In this document: one piece after another, positions 55,427-64,000 of the stretch
Layout: each line of letters opens with the position of its first letter
How positions within the stretch are numbered: position 1 is the first letter of the stretch
Origin: Rhodobiaceae bacterium
GTDB taxonomy: Bacteria > Pseudomonadota > Alphaproteobacteria > Rhizobiales > Aestuariivirgaceae
Assembly (NCBI GenBank): GCA_031409595.1
Contig: JANNXN010000028.1
Coordinates: 948-64,947 of the forward strand
Direction: 5' to 3'
DNA: 64,000 nucleotides
Made by a program: the position numbers and the translations under genes
The notes under the pieces: model-generated
Told to the model about the DNA's origin: nothing
The model's database searches: none
What the model saw: the letters and a program-made list of their open reading frames with translations, nothing else

Positions 55427-57076
55427 TTACGCCGCGCTCATCCGGCAGAAGCAGGATGATTTTATCGGGATGTCGGCGCGGGCGATTGCCAGATCCAGGC
55501 GTTGTTTGATCATTGTGGCTTCGACGTTTTTGCCCAGCCGCACGAGGCACTCGTGGTAGCCGTGCAGGCTCCAGATGTTGTCGGGGTGTTGGCAGGCGCG
55601 GGCCAGTGTATTGTCAAGGCCCAGATCGGCGCGGTAGACGGCTTCGGCTTCTTCGACATGGCCTTGCTCCAGCAGCAATGCGCCGAGTGCGTGGCGGGTG
55701 GGTTGCATCCAGCCCCAGGGTTCGTCGTAGCGCATGTTGTCGTAGATATCGACGGAGTTTCGGAGGTGCATGAACGCCTGCTTGAAATTGCCTTTGCGGT
55801 ATTCGATTTCTCCGCGCAGCATTTCGGCGGGAACTTTGAGGATGTCGAGGCTGGTGTTGTTGAAAAGTGTGCGCGATTCTGGAACCCGGGCGACTGCGAC
55901 TTCGAACAGTCTTGCCTGCTCTTCGGCGGCGGGCAGGTTTGCAGTGGCGGCGTGGGCTACGGCCTTGGCGTAATGCAGCATCGCAGTCGTTACGCAATAG
56001 AGTTTTTGATCGGAGGGCAGGGGTTCTGCGATAATCTCCCGCCATTTTCCAAAGCGGATGAGCACGTGGAACTTTGTGGGCACGAAGGCTTCGAGCCAAT
56101 CGGCCATGGTGGGAGACTCAAGCCGCAGTAGTTCTTCGGGGATGGTTGCGATCATTTGATTGGCGGCGGCGATTGCCGGTGCATACTGGCCTGAGAACAT
56201 TGCGCCATAGATTATGAAATGAATGTTGTGGCAGCGATAGAGCGTGTAGAAATTGATTGCGCCCTCGCTCGCCAGATATTTCTGGTCGGCGATCGCTGCT
56301 TCGGTATTGCGCTCGATCACATCCTTGTAGTGCCCACACAGCACGTCAATGTGGGTTGGCATGTGAATGAGATGGCCTGCATCAGGCACGAGATTTTTCA
56401 AGGCGTCACCGGCGCGGAGGGCGCGTTCGGGGTGCGGCGACATTTCCATGAGGTGTAAATACATGTGGAGCACGCCGGGATGGCGCATGCCTGCCTCCGT
56501 TCGCATGGCGCGCTCCAATACTGCGATGGCTTCAGCAGTGTCGGCGCCGGCGGCGGGCTTTCCGGTTTTGATATCCCATAGTTGCCACGGTGTGCGGTTC
56601 ATGATGGCTTCAGCAAAGAGGGCGGTGATGTCGAGATCATCTTTGTAGCTTGCGTAAACTTCACGCATTGCAGCGGCATAGTCATCGTTCCAGATTGGCG
56701 TTACGACGCCCGGATCGTTGACCGGATAGCGCTTGGCGAGCGGGCGGATGAGGGCCTGTTCAGTGGGGGTGGCGTTCGCCAACAGGGCAGTTGCGCGTTC
56801 GGTCGCTGCACACGCGAGGCCCAATGAACTTTGCAGATCAGTTGCATCGAAGGCTGCCCATTGCTTGTTGTAGTTAGGGCCCGCCGCATAGGCGATGCCC
56901 CACTGGGCCATGGCGCAATTGGGATCGGATGCGGCAGCCTTCTGAAAGCAGCGCACAGCTTCTTCGTGGTTGTAGCCATAACACCAGAGAAGCCCGCGAT
57001 CGAACCAGGTTTGTGCTTCTTTGGACGCGGTTGTTATGGCACGGGTGTGCTGACCCAGATCATAATAGCCTGACAT
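55427..57076 (-). CDS. Tetratricopeptide-repeat protein
   Basis: 549 aa, all-helical. TPR-like units include EEAVRCFQKAAASDPNCAMAQWGIAYA and GHVEEAEAVYRADLGLD. Function unknown. Confidence 0.6.
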   Translation of the reverse strand: MSGYYDLGQHTRAITTASKEAQTWFDRGLLWCYGYNHEEAVRCFQKAAASDPNCAMAQWGIAYAAGPNYNKQWAAFDATDLQSSLGLACAATERATALLANATPTEQALIRPLAKRYPVNDPGVVTPIWNDDYAAAMREVYASYKDDLDITALFAEAIMNRTPWQLWDIKTGKPAAGADTAEAIAVLERAMRTEAGMRHPGVLHMYLHLMEMSPHPERALRAGDALKNLVPDAGHLIHMPTHIDVLCGHYKDVIERNTEAAIADQKYLASEGAINFYTLYRCHNIHFIIYGAMFSGQYAPAIAAANQMIATIPEELLRLESPTMADWLEAFVPTKFHVLIRFGKWREIIAEPLPSDQKLYCVTTAMLHYAKAVAHAATANLPAAEEQARLFEVAVARVPESRTLFNNTSLDILKVPAEMLRGEIEYRKGNFKQAFMHLRNSVDIYDNMRYDEPWGWMQPTRHALGALLLEQGHVEEAEAVYRADLGLDNTLARACQHPDNIWSLHGYHECLVRLGKNVEATMIKQRLDLAIARADIPIKSSCFCRMSAA

Positions 57077-57204
57077 AGCGTCTGTCTCCGGTGTGGTGGG
57101 GTGCTGGATGGAAGGCTAACATAAGGCATCTTAAAAGCAACAGGCTCCGGATGAGGGGACCTGTCGCTTGCCTTGGAGAGTTTGAAGGTGCTTGTTATGG
57201 TCAG

Positions 57205-57390
57205 CTAAGCTGCGCTGGCCTCTGACCAATCGTCTCGCTCAACTTTGCGGAGTTTGGTAAGGCCAAGGTGGTTTTTGATATCCGGATTCATCATCTGGTA
57301 TATACGTCCGCGCAGGGCCCGGTTTGCCTGTTCCAAGGCAAGAATTTGCTCCGGCGTTGGCGGTTTCGGCTTGAACATTGACTTGAACAT
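57205..57390 (-). CDS. Small hypothetical protein (61 aa)
   Basis: ORF only. The N-terminus carries a duplicated MFKS/MFKP (direct DNA repeat TTGAACAT x2). No motif recognised. Confidence 0.3.
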   Translation of the reverse strand: MFKSMFKPKPPTPEQILALEQANRALRGRIYQMMNPDIKNHLGLTKLRKVERDDWSEASAA

Positions 57391-57469
57391 TTTTTGGTCC
57401 CACTTCTAGTTGTTCATTCTGTGCCGTACCCCCAGTGCGTGCAGTTCCTGTAGAGCAAGAAATTCGATG

Positions 57470-57484
57470 TTAAACCATCATTAA
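57470..57484. promoter_or_regulatory. CtrA-like box TTAA-N7-TTAA
   Basis: TTAAACCATCATTAA lies in the divergent intergenic region, 80-94 nt from ATG 57390 and 93-107 nt from ATG 57577. Confidence 0.3.
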
Positions 57485-57576
57485 AAGATGCCAATACCAA
57501 CAGGCGGTTACCATGTTCGTCACCAATTTAGGCAAATGTTGTTTGAGTTTATCAGAAGTGTTATGCCAAATTTTAG

Positions 57577-57735
57577 ATGAATTTCCAGCCGCATAGCTAC
57601 CGCACGGATGTAACCGTCCCGTGGTTTCCTGATGATCGACCAATTTTCTTCTTTGATGGTGTTTGTGTTCTCTGTTCGGGCTTTGCCAGGTTCATTGTTC
57701 CCGCGGTCGACGAACGAGATCGGTTTCTTGAATGA
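57577..57735 (+). pseudogene. Truncated DUF393 / DCC-family thiol-disulfide oxidoreductase-like ORF (52 aa)
   Basis: Below the track's size cut-off. My translation: MNFQPHSYRTDVTVPWFPDDRPIFFFDGVCVLCSGFARFIVPAVDERDRFLE*. The FDGxCxLC motif is present, but the protein ends about 70-90 aa short of typical family length. Its TGA overlaps the next ATG (ATGA). Confidence 0.45.
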
Positions 57736-58849
57736 AGGTTCTCATCATTGGTGGTTACGGTATCTTTGGAGGGAGGCTTGCCGAGTTGCTGCTGGATGAG
57801 GGGCGGCTGACACTATTTATTGCGGGGCGAAACCTGAGGTCTGCTGAAGAGTTTTGCGCTGCGCATGTGGGGGTAGCCAAGCTTGTGGCAGTTCGTATGG
57901 ACCGCATGGATGGTGCCGACGTTTTGAACAGGTTGAAACCGGATTTGGTGGTTGATGCGTCAGGACCGTTTCAAGCCTATGGCGAAGACCCCTACCGATT
58001 GGTGTGCGAGGCACTTGCTGCGGGGGCCAATTACGTTGATCTTGCTGATGGCGCAGATTTTGTTGCCCAAATTTCAACACTGAATGAATTAGCCCAGAAA
58101 TCTGGGTGTTTTGCACTATCTGGCATGAGCAGCTTTCCGGTGCTGACTGCCGCAGTTGTTCGAAAGCTGGCATTGGAACTTGATAGTTTTGACGAGATTG
58201 TTGCGGGTATAGCGCCTTCCCCATATGCTGTTGCGGGCCTTAACTGATCCGTGCAGTTGCAAGCTATGCTGGGCGGCCCGTCAAGATATTGCGCGGTGGA
58301 AAGTGGGGTCTTGGCACCGGGTTTTTCGACAGCAAGTATCTGATGGTGCATGTGCCGGGCGAGAGGCCGCTGCCGCGCATTCGATTTGCCCTGACCGACG
58401 TGCCTGACCTTCAGGTGCTCAGTTGGGATTGGCCAGATGTGAAATCGATTTGGGTGGGGGCGGGTCCGACGCCAGCGGTTTTGCACCGCCTGCTGTGGTT
58501 GGCTGCCGGGCTGGTCAAGCTCGGCTTGTTTCGATCATTGGCGCCGCTGGCGCCTGCGATGAACTGGATGGTGAATACGGTTCGTTGGGGTGAACATCGG
58601 GGCGGCATGATTGTTGAAATCACAGGTCTCCGCGCTTCCAAGAAAGTTACGCGCAGTTGGAACTTGCTGGCGGAAGGCGATGGCGGACCTTGCATTCCGT
58701 CGATGGCGGCGGAAGCCATCATCCGGCATTGCCTCGAAGGGCGGTTGCCGAAGCCAGGAGCCCGCTCCGGCCACCGTGATCTGGAGTTGGAGGACTACGC
58801 ACCATCCCTGGCGCGGCACGGCATCAAAACCGGCATTCGCGAATATTAG
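57732..58849 (+). pseudogene. Saccharopine-dehydrogenase-like NAD(P)-binding protein, split by a frameshift near 58240-58247
   Basis: ORF 57732..58247 (MKVLIIGGYGIFGGRLA..., Rossmann fold) ends ...SPYAVAGLN*. The protein continues in the frame of ORF 58289..58849 as IRAVASYAGRPVKILRGGKW... from 58247. Together they give about 370 aa, the normal length. Confidence 0.6.
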
Positions 58850-59037
58850 GCCGCGTTGTTCAGGTGCGGCGCTCGCGAAGGGGGGCGGGTTTGAGCGGGC
58901 TCGGCTACGAAGTTGTAATGATTCGCTGCCTCGCCGCGCAACACTTTCTGGGCGCGAAATTGCAGTTCCAAACTCGTCTGTTCGAGGGAGTTGTTGTTTT
59001 TGTAGGAATTGCTCCGGCTGAATAATGAATTGAACAT
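58846..59037 (-). CDS. Small hypothetical protein (63 aa)
   Basis: ATG 59037 has GAGG about 8 nt upstream. MFNSLFSRSNSYKNNNSLEQ... is low-complexity with no motif. The 3' end overlaps the convergent pseudogene by 4 nt. Confidence 0.25.
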   Translation of the reverse strand: MFNSLFSRSNSYKNNNSLEQTSLELQFRAQKVLRGEAANHYNFVAEPAQTRPPSRAPHLNNAA

Positions 59038-59060
59038 GATTGCCTCACTCAATATCTTTA

Positions 59061-59119
59061 GCGGCGTTAGCGTTACCATTTAACGACAAACATCGTCGTT
59101 AATCTATGATTAACGCCGC
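59061..59119. promoter_or_regulatory. Nested inverted repeats containing a consensus CtrA box TTAA-N7-TTAAC
   Basis: Outer arms GCGGCGTTA (59061-59069) / TAACGCCGC (59111-59119). Inner arms TTAACGAC (59080-59087) / GTCGTTAA (59095-59102). TTAATCTATGATTAAC at 59099-59114. Confidence 0.35.
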
Positions 59120-59175
59120 GTGAGGTGAATGAGGCCTTAGGTAATGGCGGCAGAGTTTACGAAAATTTGCGTTGA

Positions 59176-59838
59176 TTAAGCTGCCAGCAGGCTTTCAAAC
59201 AGCGGCCTGCAATCGGTCTTTCCGTGCAAGGATTCGATCATGTTTTCGGGGTGGGGCATCATGCCGATGACGTTGCCTTGCTGGTTGATGATTCCGGCAA
59301 TGTCGTTCATGGCGCCGTTGGGGTTGGTGCCTTCGGCGTAGCGGAACACGACACGGTTTTCGGCTTCGATGGCTTTGAGGGTTTCTGCGTCGCAGATGTA
59401 GTTGCCTTCCCCATGGGCCACGGGGCAGGATACGACAGCACCTTTGGCCATTTTGTTGGTGAAGAAGGTCTGATTGTTTTCGACGCTGAGTTTCACTTCG
59501 CGGCAGACGAAATGGAGATGGGAATTACGCACCAGGGCGCCCGGCAGCAAGCCTGCCTCAGTGATGATCTGAAAGCCGTTGCAGATGCCAAGAACTCTGA
59601 GTCCCTTCAATGCCTTGGCGCGGATATCTGTCATGATGGGTGAGCGGGCCGCAATGGCTCCGCAACGGAGATAATCGCCGTAGGAGAACCCGCCGGGGAC
59701 GACGATGAGATCAACTTTTGGAAGTTCAGTCTCCGTGTTCCAGACGGCCACAGGTTTGTGGCCCGTGGTGGCTTCAAGCGCCAGCATCATGTCGCGCTCG
59801 CGATTGATGCCGGGGAATACGACGACGGCTGATTTCAT
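59176..59838 (-). CDS. purQ: Phosphoribosylformylglycinamidine synthase subunit PurQ (glutaminase)
   Basis: [12 protein letters not shown]...[12 protein letters not shown]...GICNGFQ...MMPHPE. Confidence 0.95.
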   Translation of the reverse strand: MKSAVVVFPGINRERDMMLALEATTGHKPVAVWNTETELPKVDLIVVPGGFSYGDYLRCGAIAARSPIMTDIRAKALKGLRVLGICNGFQIITEAGLLPGALVRNSHLHFVCREVKLSVENNQTFFTNKMAKGAVVSCPVAHGEGNYICDAETLKAIEAENRVVFRYAEGTNPNGAMNDIAGIINQQGNVIGMMPHPENMIESLHGKTDCRPLFESLLAA

Positions 59839-60074
59839 GCGAGCTCTATATCGTAATTCTCAATCACCGTATTCGCGATGAGTTTTTCGCACATGGCTTT
59901 GACTTCGGACATGGCTTTTGCCTTGTCCGTTTCCGCCACATCGATTTCGAAGTATTTGCCTTGGCGAACGCTTTCGATGCCGGCGAATCCGAGATGGCCC
60001 AATGCGCCTTCGATGGCTTTGCCTTGGGGGTCGAGGACGCCTTTCTTGAGCGTGACCTTTACGTGTGCCTTCAT
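59835..60074 (-). CDS. purS: Phosphoribosylformylglycinamidine synthase subunit PurS
   Basis: 79 aa from ATG 60074 ([25 protein letters not shown]...). The start overlaps the purC TAA by 1 nt and the stop overlaps the purQ ATG. The upstream part of the 136-aa track ORF is rejected. Confidence 0.9.
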   Translation of the reverse strand: MKAHVKVTLKKGVLDPQGKAIEGALGHLGFAGIESVRQGKYFEIDVAETDKAKAMSEVKAMCEKLIANTVIENYDIELA

Positions 60075-60850
60075 TATTTGTCGCTTTTCACGAGTTTGGG
60101 TTTGGTGCGCTCGGGTTTTTCGTTTTCGGTGATGATGCCTAAACGCCTGGCCACTTCCTGATAGGCTTCGACGAGGCCTCCCATGTCGCGGCGGAAGCGA
60201 TCCTTGTCCATCTTGTCGTTGGTCTTGATGTCCCAGAGCCTGCACGAGTCGGGGCTGATTTCGTCGGCGAGCACAATGCGCATCATGTCATTTTCATAGA
60301 GCCTGCCAAACTCGATTTTGAAATCAACAAGCTTGATGCCGATTCCCAGGAACAGTCCGGTGAGGAAATCATTGATGCGGATCGACATGTGCATGATGTC
60401 GTCAATCTCCTGGGGCGCTGCCCAGCCAAAGGCGGTGATGTGCTCCTCTGAAACCATTGGATCGCCCAGCGTGTCGTTTTTGTAGCAAAACTCAATGATG
60501 GAGCGGGGCAGGGTTTGGCCTTCTTCGAGGCCCAGGCGGGTGGCGAGAGAGCCCGCGGCCACGTTCCTCACAATGACTTCGAGGGGAATGATTTCAACTT
60601 CGCGCACCAGCTGTTCGCGGAGGTTCAGCGAGCGGATGAAATGGGTTGGCAGGCCAAGCTCATTGAGCCTTGTAAAAATATATTCAGATATCCGCTGGTT
60701 GAGAACACCCTTGCCAGCGATTACCGCTTTTTTCCGGGCGTTGAAAGCGGTGGCGTCATCCTTGAAGTGAACAATGACGGTGCCGGGCTCGGGACCCTCA
60801 TATAGAATCTTGGCCTTGCCTTCGTAAATTCGGGTTCTTCTGGTGGTCAT
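60074..60850 (-). CDS. purC: Phosphoribosylaminoimidazole-succinocarboxamide (SAICAR) synthase
   Basis: [16 protein letters not shown]...[12 protein letters not shown]...[15 protein letters not shown] 60850 is preferred over 60880. Confidence 0.95.
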   Translation of the reverse strand: MTTRRTRIYEGKAKILYEGPEPGTVIVHFKDDATAFNARKKAVIAGKGVLNQRISEYIFTRLNELGLPTHFIRSLNLREQLVREVEIIPLEVIVRNVAAGSLATRLGLEEGQTLPRSIIEFCYKNDTLGDPMVSEEHITAFGWAAPQEIDDIMHMSIRINDFLTGLFLGIGIKLVDFKIEFGRLYENDMMRIVLADEISPDSCRLWDIKTNDKMDKDRFRRDMGGLVEAYQEVARRLGIITENEKPERTKPKLVKSDK

Positions 60851-61063
60851 ATGAATCATCCTCATCAAACCCTTAATCACTCCCTTAGCACAAAGTCAGC
60901 AGGGGGTTACGCATAGTTCACATGTTTCGACAATATGGCTAGGATTGCCATGAAATGCCATGGGCTTGTAGTCGAACTTATTGCAGCGCACAATGGGTTT
61001 GAGTGGTTGATTTGCGGCAGGTGACTGGCTATTTCAACTGGGTATGCGGAAAAGGAGTTCGTC

Positions 61064-61381
61064 ATGAATATGGATAAGCGCGAAAAAGGCTTCGAATCGA
61101 AATTTGCCCATGACGAAGAGGTGTTGTTCAGGGCCACTGCGCGGCGCGCCAAGCTGGTAGGCCTTTGGGCGGCCGAGAAAATGGGCCTTTCGGGCGAGGA
61201 GGCGGCTGCCTATGCCAAGACAGTTGTCGCTGCCGATTTGGAAGAGGCTGGCGACCAGGATTTGTTCCGCAAGATCCGGGCGGATTTTGATGCCAAGAAG
61301 GTGGCGCAGTCAGACCACCAGATTCAACGCCAGATGGAAGAGCTGATGGCGACCGCGATCGAGCAGATCAAGGCTGGATAA
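61064..61381 (+). CDS. DUF1476 protein (zeta-type F1-ATPase inhibitor family of alphaproteobacteria)
   Basis: 105 aa. REKGFESKFAHDEEVLFRATARRAKLVGLWAAEKMGL... matches the DUF1476 pattern. Its position next to purC is common in alphaproteobacteria (from memory). Confidence 0.7.
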   Translation: MNMDKREKGFESKFAHDEEVLFRATARRAKLVGLWAAEKMGLSGEEAAAYAKTVVAADLEEAGDQDLFRKIRADFDAKKVAQSDHQIQRQMEELMATAIEQIKAG

Positions 61382-62161
61382 GTGACTGAACAAAGTTTTG
61401 ACTTGCGGACGCGGCTGGCGAATTCAGCCGAGCCGTTTTTGTTTTCGTGGATGTCCATGGCAGGAGCTCAGCTTGCCGGGCAGCTGGCGCGGCTTCCCAT
61501 TGAGGGCGTTTGCCTTGACATGCAGCATGGCATGATCGGCTTTGGCGATGCCGTGGGCATGATTGCGGCAATCAATGCGGCAAACCGGCCAGCCATTGTT
61601 CGAATTTTATGGAATGAACCAGGGCTCGTTGGGCAATCGCTGGATGCGGGCGCATCGGCGGTGATAGCACCGATGATCAACAGCAAGTCTGAGGCTGAAG
61701 CGCTGGTGAGATATGCCAAATATCCGCCCGTGGGTGGGCGGAGCTGGGGCGGTTATACCGCGTTTCAAGCCTTTGGGTTGGAGGCTTCGCAATATTTGAA
61801 GCACGCCAATTCGAAGACCATGATATTTGCAATGATAGAAACCCAGGCCGCACTGGATGCTGTGGAAGATATTGCCGCGGTGCCGGGGCTTGACGGATTA
61901 TTCGTGGGGCCGAGCGATCTTTCAATTGCTCTCTCAAAAGGTGCAGGCATCGACAAGACAAGCAAAGCGACGCTTGAAGCCATGAAGCGCATTGCTGCCG
62001 CTGCGAAAAAATGCGGCCTGATCGCTGGCGCTTTTGCGGGCTCCGCCGACATCATCAAGACTTACAGCGCCATGGGGTATAGTTTTATGGCTGCCGCCGT
62101 TGATGCCGACTTGTTGCAGTGGGGATCAGCCAGTTTGATGAAGGCGCTGAAGGACAACTGA
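61382..62161 (+). CDS. HpcH/HpaI-family aldolase
   Basis: 259 aa, GTG start directly after the upstream TAA. Blocks IVRILWNEPGLVGQSLDAGA..VIAPMI and MIETQAALD...IAAVPGLDGLFVGPSDLS. Confidence 0.8.
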   Translation: MTEQSFDLRTRLANSAEPFLFSWMSMAGAQLAGQLARLPIEGVCLDMQHGMIGFGDAVGMIAAINAANRPAIVRILWNEPGLVGQSLDAGASAVIAPMINSKSEAEALVRYAKYPPVGGRSWGGYTAFQAFGLEASQYLKHANSKTMIFAMIETQAALDAVEDIAAVPGLDGLFVGPSDLSIALSKGAGIDKTSKATLEAMKRIAAAAKKCGLIAGAFAGSADIIKTYSAMGYSFMAAAVDADLLQWGSASLMKALKDN

Positions 62162-62162
62162 T

Positions 62163-63401
62163 GTGGACAAGCGTGCACCACTCATACCGGGCTACGAGAA
62201 GATCATCGACAAATTGATCGATATTGCGCTGGCGGCCGGGCCGGTTGCCAGCCAGACGGACAAGTACTTCACCAATACCAGCCGCATCGTGGCGGCGCAT
62301 GGCGACATGGATGTGACGTTTGCGGTGTTCATGCGAACGCGCGTTGTGGCGGCGCTTGAGCCCACGATCCGGATGATCCAGCGATTGGTGCCTGCGGCGC
62401 GGGTGAAGCGGTTTTTTGAGGAAGGTGATGTTGTCCCCTCAGAAAGCAAGATGCTTGAAATCACCGGATCGATGGCCAAGCTTTCGGAAGTTGAAACGCT
62501 GCTGTTGCAGAAAATTGGTTTTCCATGTGTGTCGGCCAACAATGCCTATGAAATGTGCCGGGCCATTCCCAATGCTGCGTTCATGGATATGCATGCGCGC
62601 CATGGCAGCGGGGCGGAAATGAATATTCTGGCAGCCTATGGCGCTGCTGTTGGCAGCGCTGCAGCAAAACGGGCTGATCCAAGCGTCAAGGGATTTGTCG
62701 GTTCATCGCAGGATTTGACGGCGCCCCTGTTTGGCGCCGATGGCGGCATGGGCACAATGCCCCATGCACTTGTGGGTTACACGGGCGGCGATGTGCTGGC
62801 TGCAATGAAGTTGTTTGCCGCGACCATTCCGGAAGCAAAAACGCTTGTCGCCCTGGTTGACTATACGGGCGAGGAAATCACGGACTCGCTGCGCTGCGCC
62901 AGGTGGTTTTATGAAGAGGCAAAACTTCAGAACGCCGGCAAGGAATTTGGGGTTCGACTTGATACGCATGGCGGGCGTTTTGCCGAGGGCCTCGACTATG
63001 AAAAATCCGTTGAGACGGTTGGCCACTGGCTGGGCGTCTCTGGCGAATATAATATTGTCGAACAGGTACTGGGCGGCCGGGCCTTTCAGTTGGACCCCAA
63101 CAACATTCTCGTCGACAAGGTGCGGCGTATTCTTTTTGGCAAGGGGGTTTCGGTTGCGGCCGTCATTCACACGCGGCGGGCATTGGATAATGCGGGCTAT
63201 AAACAAGCGAAAATTGTGGCTTCATCAGGCTTTGACCCGCAAAAATGCCAGGTTATGGGAGCGGCCAAAGCGCCGCTTAACATGGTTGGCACGGGAAGCT
63301 TCCTGCCTGCAACTTTAACGGAAACTTATGCAACCGCTGATATTATCGCCTACAATGGGGTGCGGAGAGTGAAGGTGGGGCGCGAATTTTTATTCGATTG
63401 A
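62163..63401 (+). CDS. Nicotinate/quinolinate phosphoribosyltransferase-family protein
   Basis: 412 aa, GTG start 1 nt after the upstream stop. TDKYFTNT opening and a central barrel region (GSSQDL...GTMPHAL) are reminiscent of archaeal-type NAPRTases. Family call only. Confidence 0.6.
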   Translation: MDKRAPLIPGYEKIIDKLIDIALAAGPVASQTDKYFTNTSRIVAAHGDMDVTFAVFMRTRVVAALEPTIRMIQRLVPAARVKRFFEEGDVVPSESKMLEITGSMAKLSEVETLLLQKIGFPCVSANNAYEMCRAIPNAAFMDMHARHGSGAEMNILAAYGAAVGSAAAKRADPSVKGFVGSSQDLTAPLFGADGGMGTMPHALVGYTGGDVLAAMKLFAATIPEAKTLVALVDYTGEEITDSLRCARWFYEEAKLQNAGKEFGVRLDTHGGRFAEGLDYEKSVETVGHWLGVSGEYNIVEQVLGGRAFQLDPNNILVDKVRRILFGKGVSVAAVIHTRRALDNAGYKQAKIVASSGFDPQKCQVMGAAKAPLNMVGTGSFLPATLTETYATADIIAYNGVRRVKVGREFLFD

Positions 63402-63450
63402 CCCGGCGACATTGAGCTGCAGCCTTGTTCAATGCAGAAATGGGGCATTA

Positions 63451-63921
63451 ATGGTGGCTAGGTTCAATTCAAATTGTTTCGCCAAACTGGCTGCGTTTGC
63501 CGCAGCGATTCTCCTGTCGGTGGTGGCTCCTGCGAACGCCACGACGCCGCCCAAAATTCAGCCGACCTTGTATGTGGTGATCGACGTTTCATCCCAATCC
63601 ATGCAGGTTGAAGTGAACGGCAGATATTATTCAAAATGGAAAATTTCCACAGCAGCCGAAGGATATCATACGCCGCGCGGCACTTACCGGGTTCAGCGCG
63701 TGGCCAAGGAATATTATTCCCGCAAGTATGACATGGCGCCGATGCCTTACTCCGTGTTTTTCAATGGCGGTTATGCCGTGCATGGCACCGACCACATCAA
63801 GTCATTGGGCAGGCCTGCATCGCACGGCTGCGTCAGGTTGCATCCCAGAAATGCTGCCAAACTTTTTGACCTGGTTCAGAAATATGGTGCGAAATCCACG
63901 AAAATCTCTATCGTCGACTAA
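63451..63921 (+). CDS. L,D-transpeptidase (YkuD domain), secreted
   Basis: Signal peptide MVARFNSNCFAKLAAFAAAILLSVVAPANA. TPRGTYRV...HGTDHIKSLGRPASHGCVRLHPRNAAKLFDLV (catalytic His/Cys). Confidence 0.85.
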   Translation: MVARFNSNCFAKLAAFAAAILLSVVAPANATTPPKIQPTLYVVIDVSSQSMQVEVNGRYYSKWKISTAAEGYHTPRGTYRVQRVAKEYYSRKYDMAPMPYSVFFNGGYAVHGTDHIKSLGRPASHGCVRLHPRNAAKLFDLVQKYGAKSTKISIVD

Positions 63922-64000
63922 CCAGACGTTGGCCAACCAGTTCATCTCACCTCGGCTAGCGCCGGGGTGATTTTTTTTGCGTGAAGTCACATGCGGTTGT

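Noticed and set aside
61021-61029. GTGACTGGC upstream of the DUF1476 gene, reminiscent of the ZTP (pfl) riboswitch core
   Set aside because: The rest of the ZTP consensus (P1/P2 pairing and the 3' CCGGGCGGACCGCCTGGG-like pseudoknot segment) is absent.
1-64000. Search for rRNA, tRNA, CRISPR arrays, IS elements, integrases and prophage genes
   Set aside because: I found no cloverleaf-like segment, no regularly spaced direct repeats, and no transposase-like or integrase-like ORF by eye. This is a visual scan only and should be confirmed with tRNAscan, Infernal and ISfinder-type tools.

Overview
This looks like a chromosomal segment of an alphaproteobacterium. Markers: hybrid kinase cckA, recA preceded by a GAAC-N7-GAAC LexA-type box, alaS, eukaryote-type NADP-icd, rpsD, murI, grxD-bolA, purC-purS-purQ and purL, and a DUF1476 zeta-type ATPase inhibitor. 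About 70 protein-coding genes are supportable. I saw no rRNA, tRNA, CRISPR array, transposase or integrase. Many long ORFs in the track are antisense shadows of real genes, and several real genes start at internal Met codons rather than at the first start codon listed.

Main accessory content:
1. 20.7-27.6 kb: an eight-gene bacterial microcompartment (BMC) operon plus a divergent DeoR regulator. It encodes one BMC-H, one BMC-P and two tandem-domain BMC-T proteins, a CoA-acylating aldehyde dehydrogenase with a C-terminal encapsulation-peptide-like helix, a class-III aminotransferase-fold enzyme, an APH-fold kinase and a 121-aa unknown protein. This enzyme set matches the RMM-type amino-alcohol metabolosome known from actinobacteria. 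It is the best candidate for an under-described system in this window.
2. 7.7-14.9 kb: a six-gene operon (MBL hydrolase, phnW, phnA, phnY, a Na/Pi-cotransporter-family protein, a metallophosphoesterase) for 2-aminoethylphosphonate catabolism via phosphonoacetate. It converges on an ABC transporter with PhnS-T-U-V gene order, to which an enolase-superfamily enzyme is translationally coupled.
3. Smaller items: a low-GC single-gene islet with a signal-less trypsin-like protease next to a truncated L,D-transpeptidase; a 3.9-kb variable block splitting purQ from purL, containing a frameshifted saccharopine-dehydrogenase-like gene and a truncated DUF393 gene; REP-like palindromic units at three convergent or intergenic sites; a tandem-fused double EamA/DMT transporter; a cupredoxin-FTR1 iron module with an upstream palindrome; and two TTAA-N7-TTAA (CtrA-like) boxes upstream of small ORFs.
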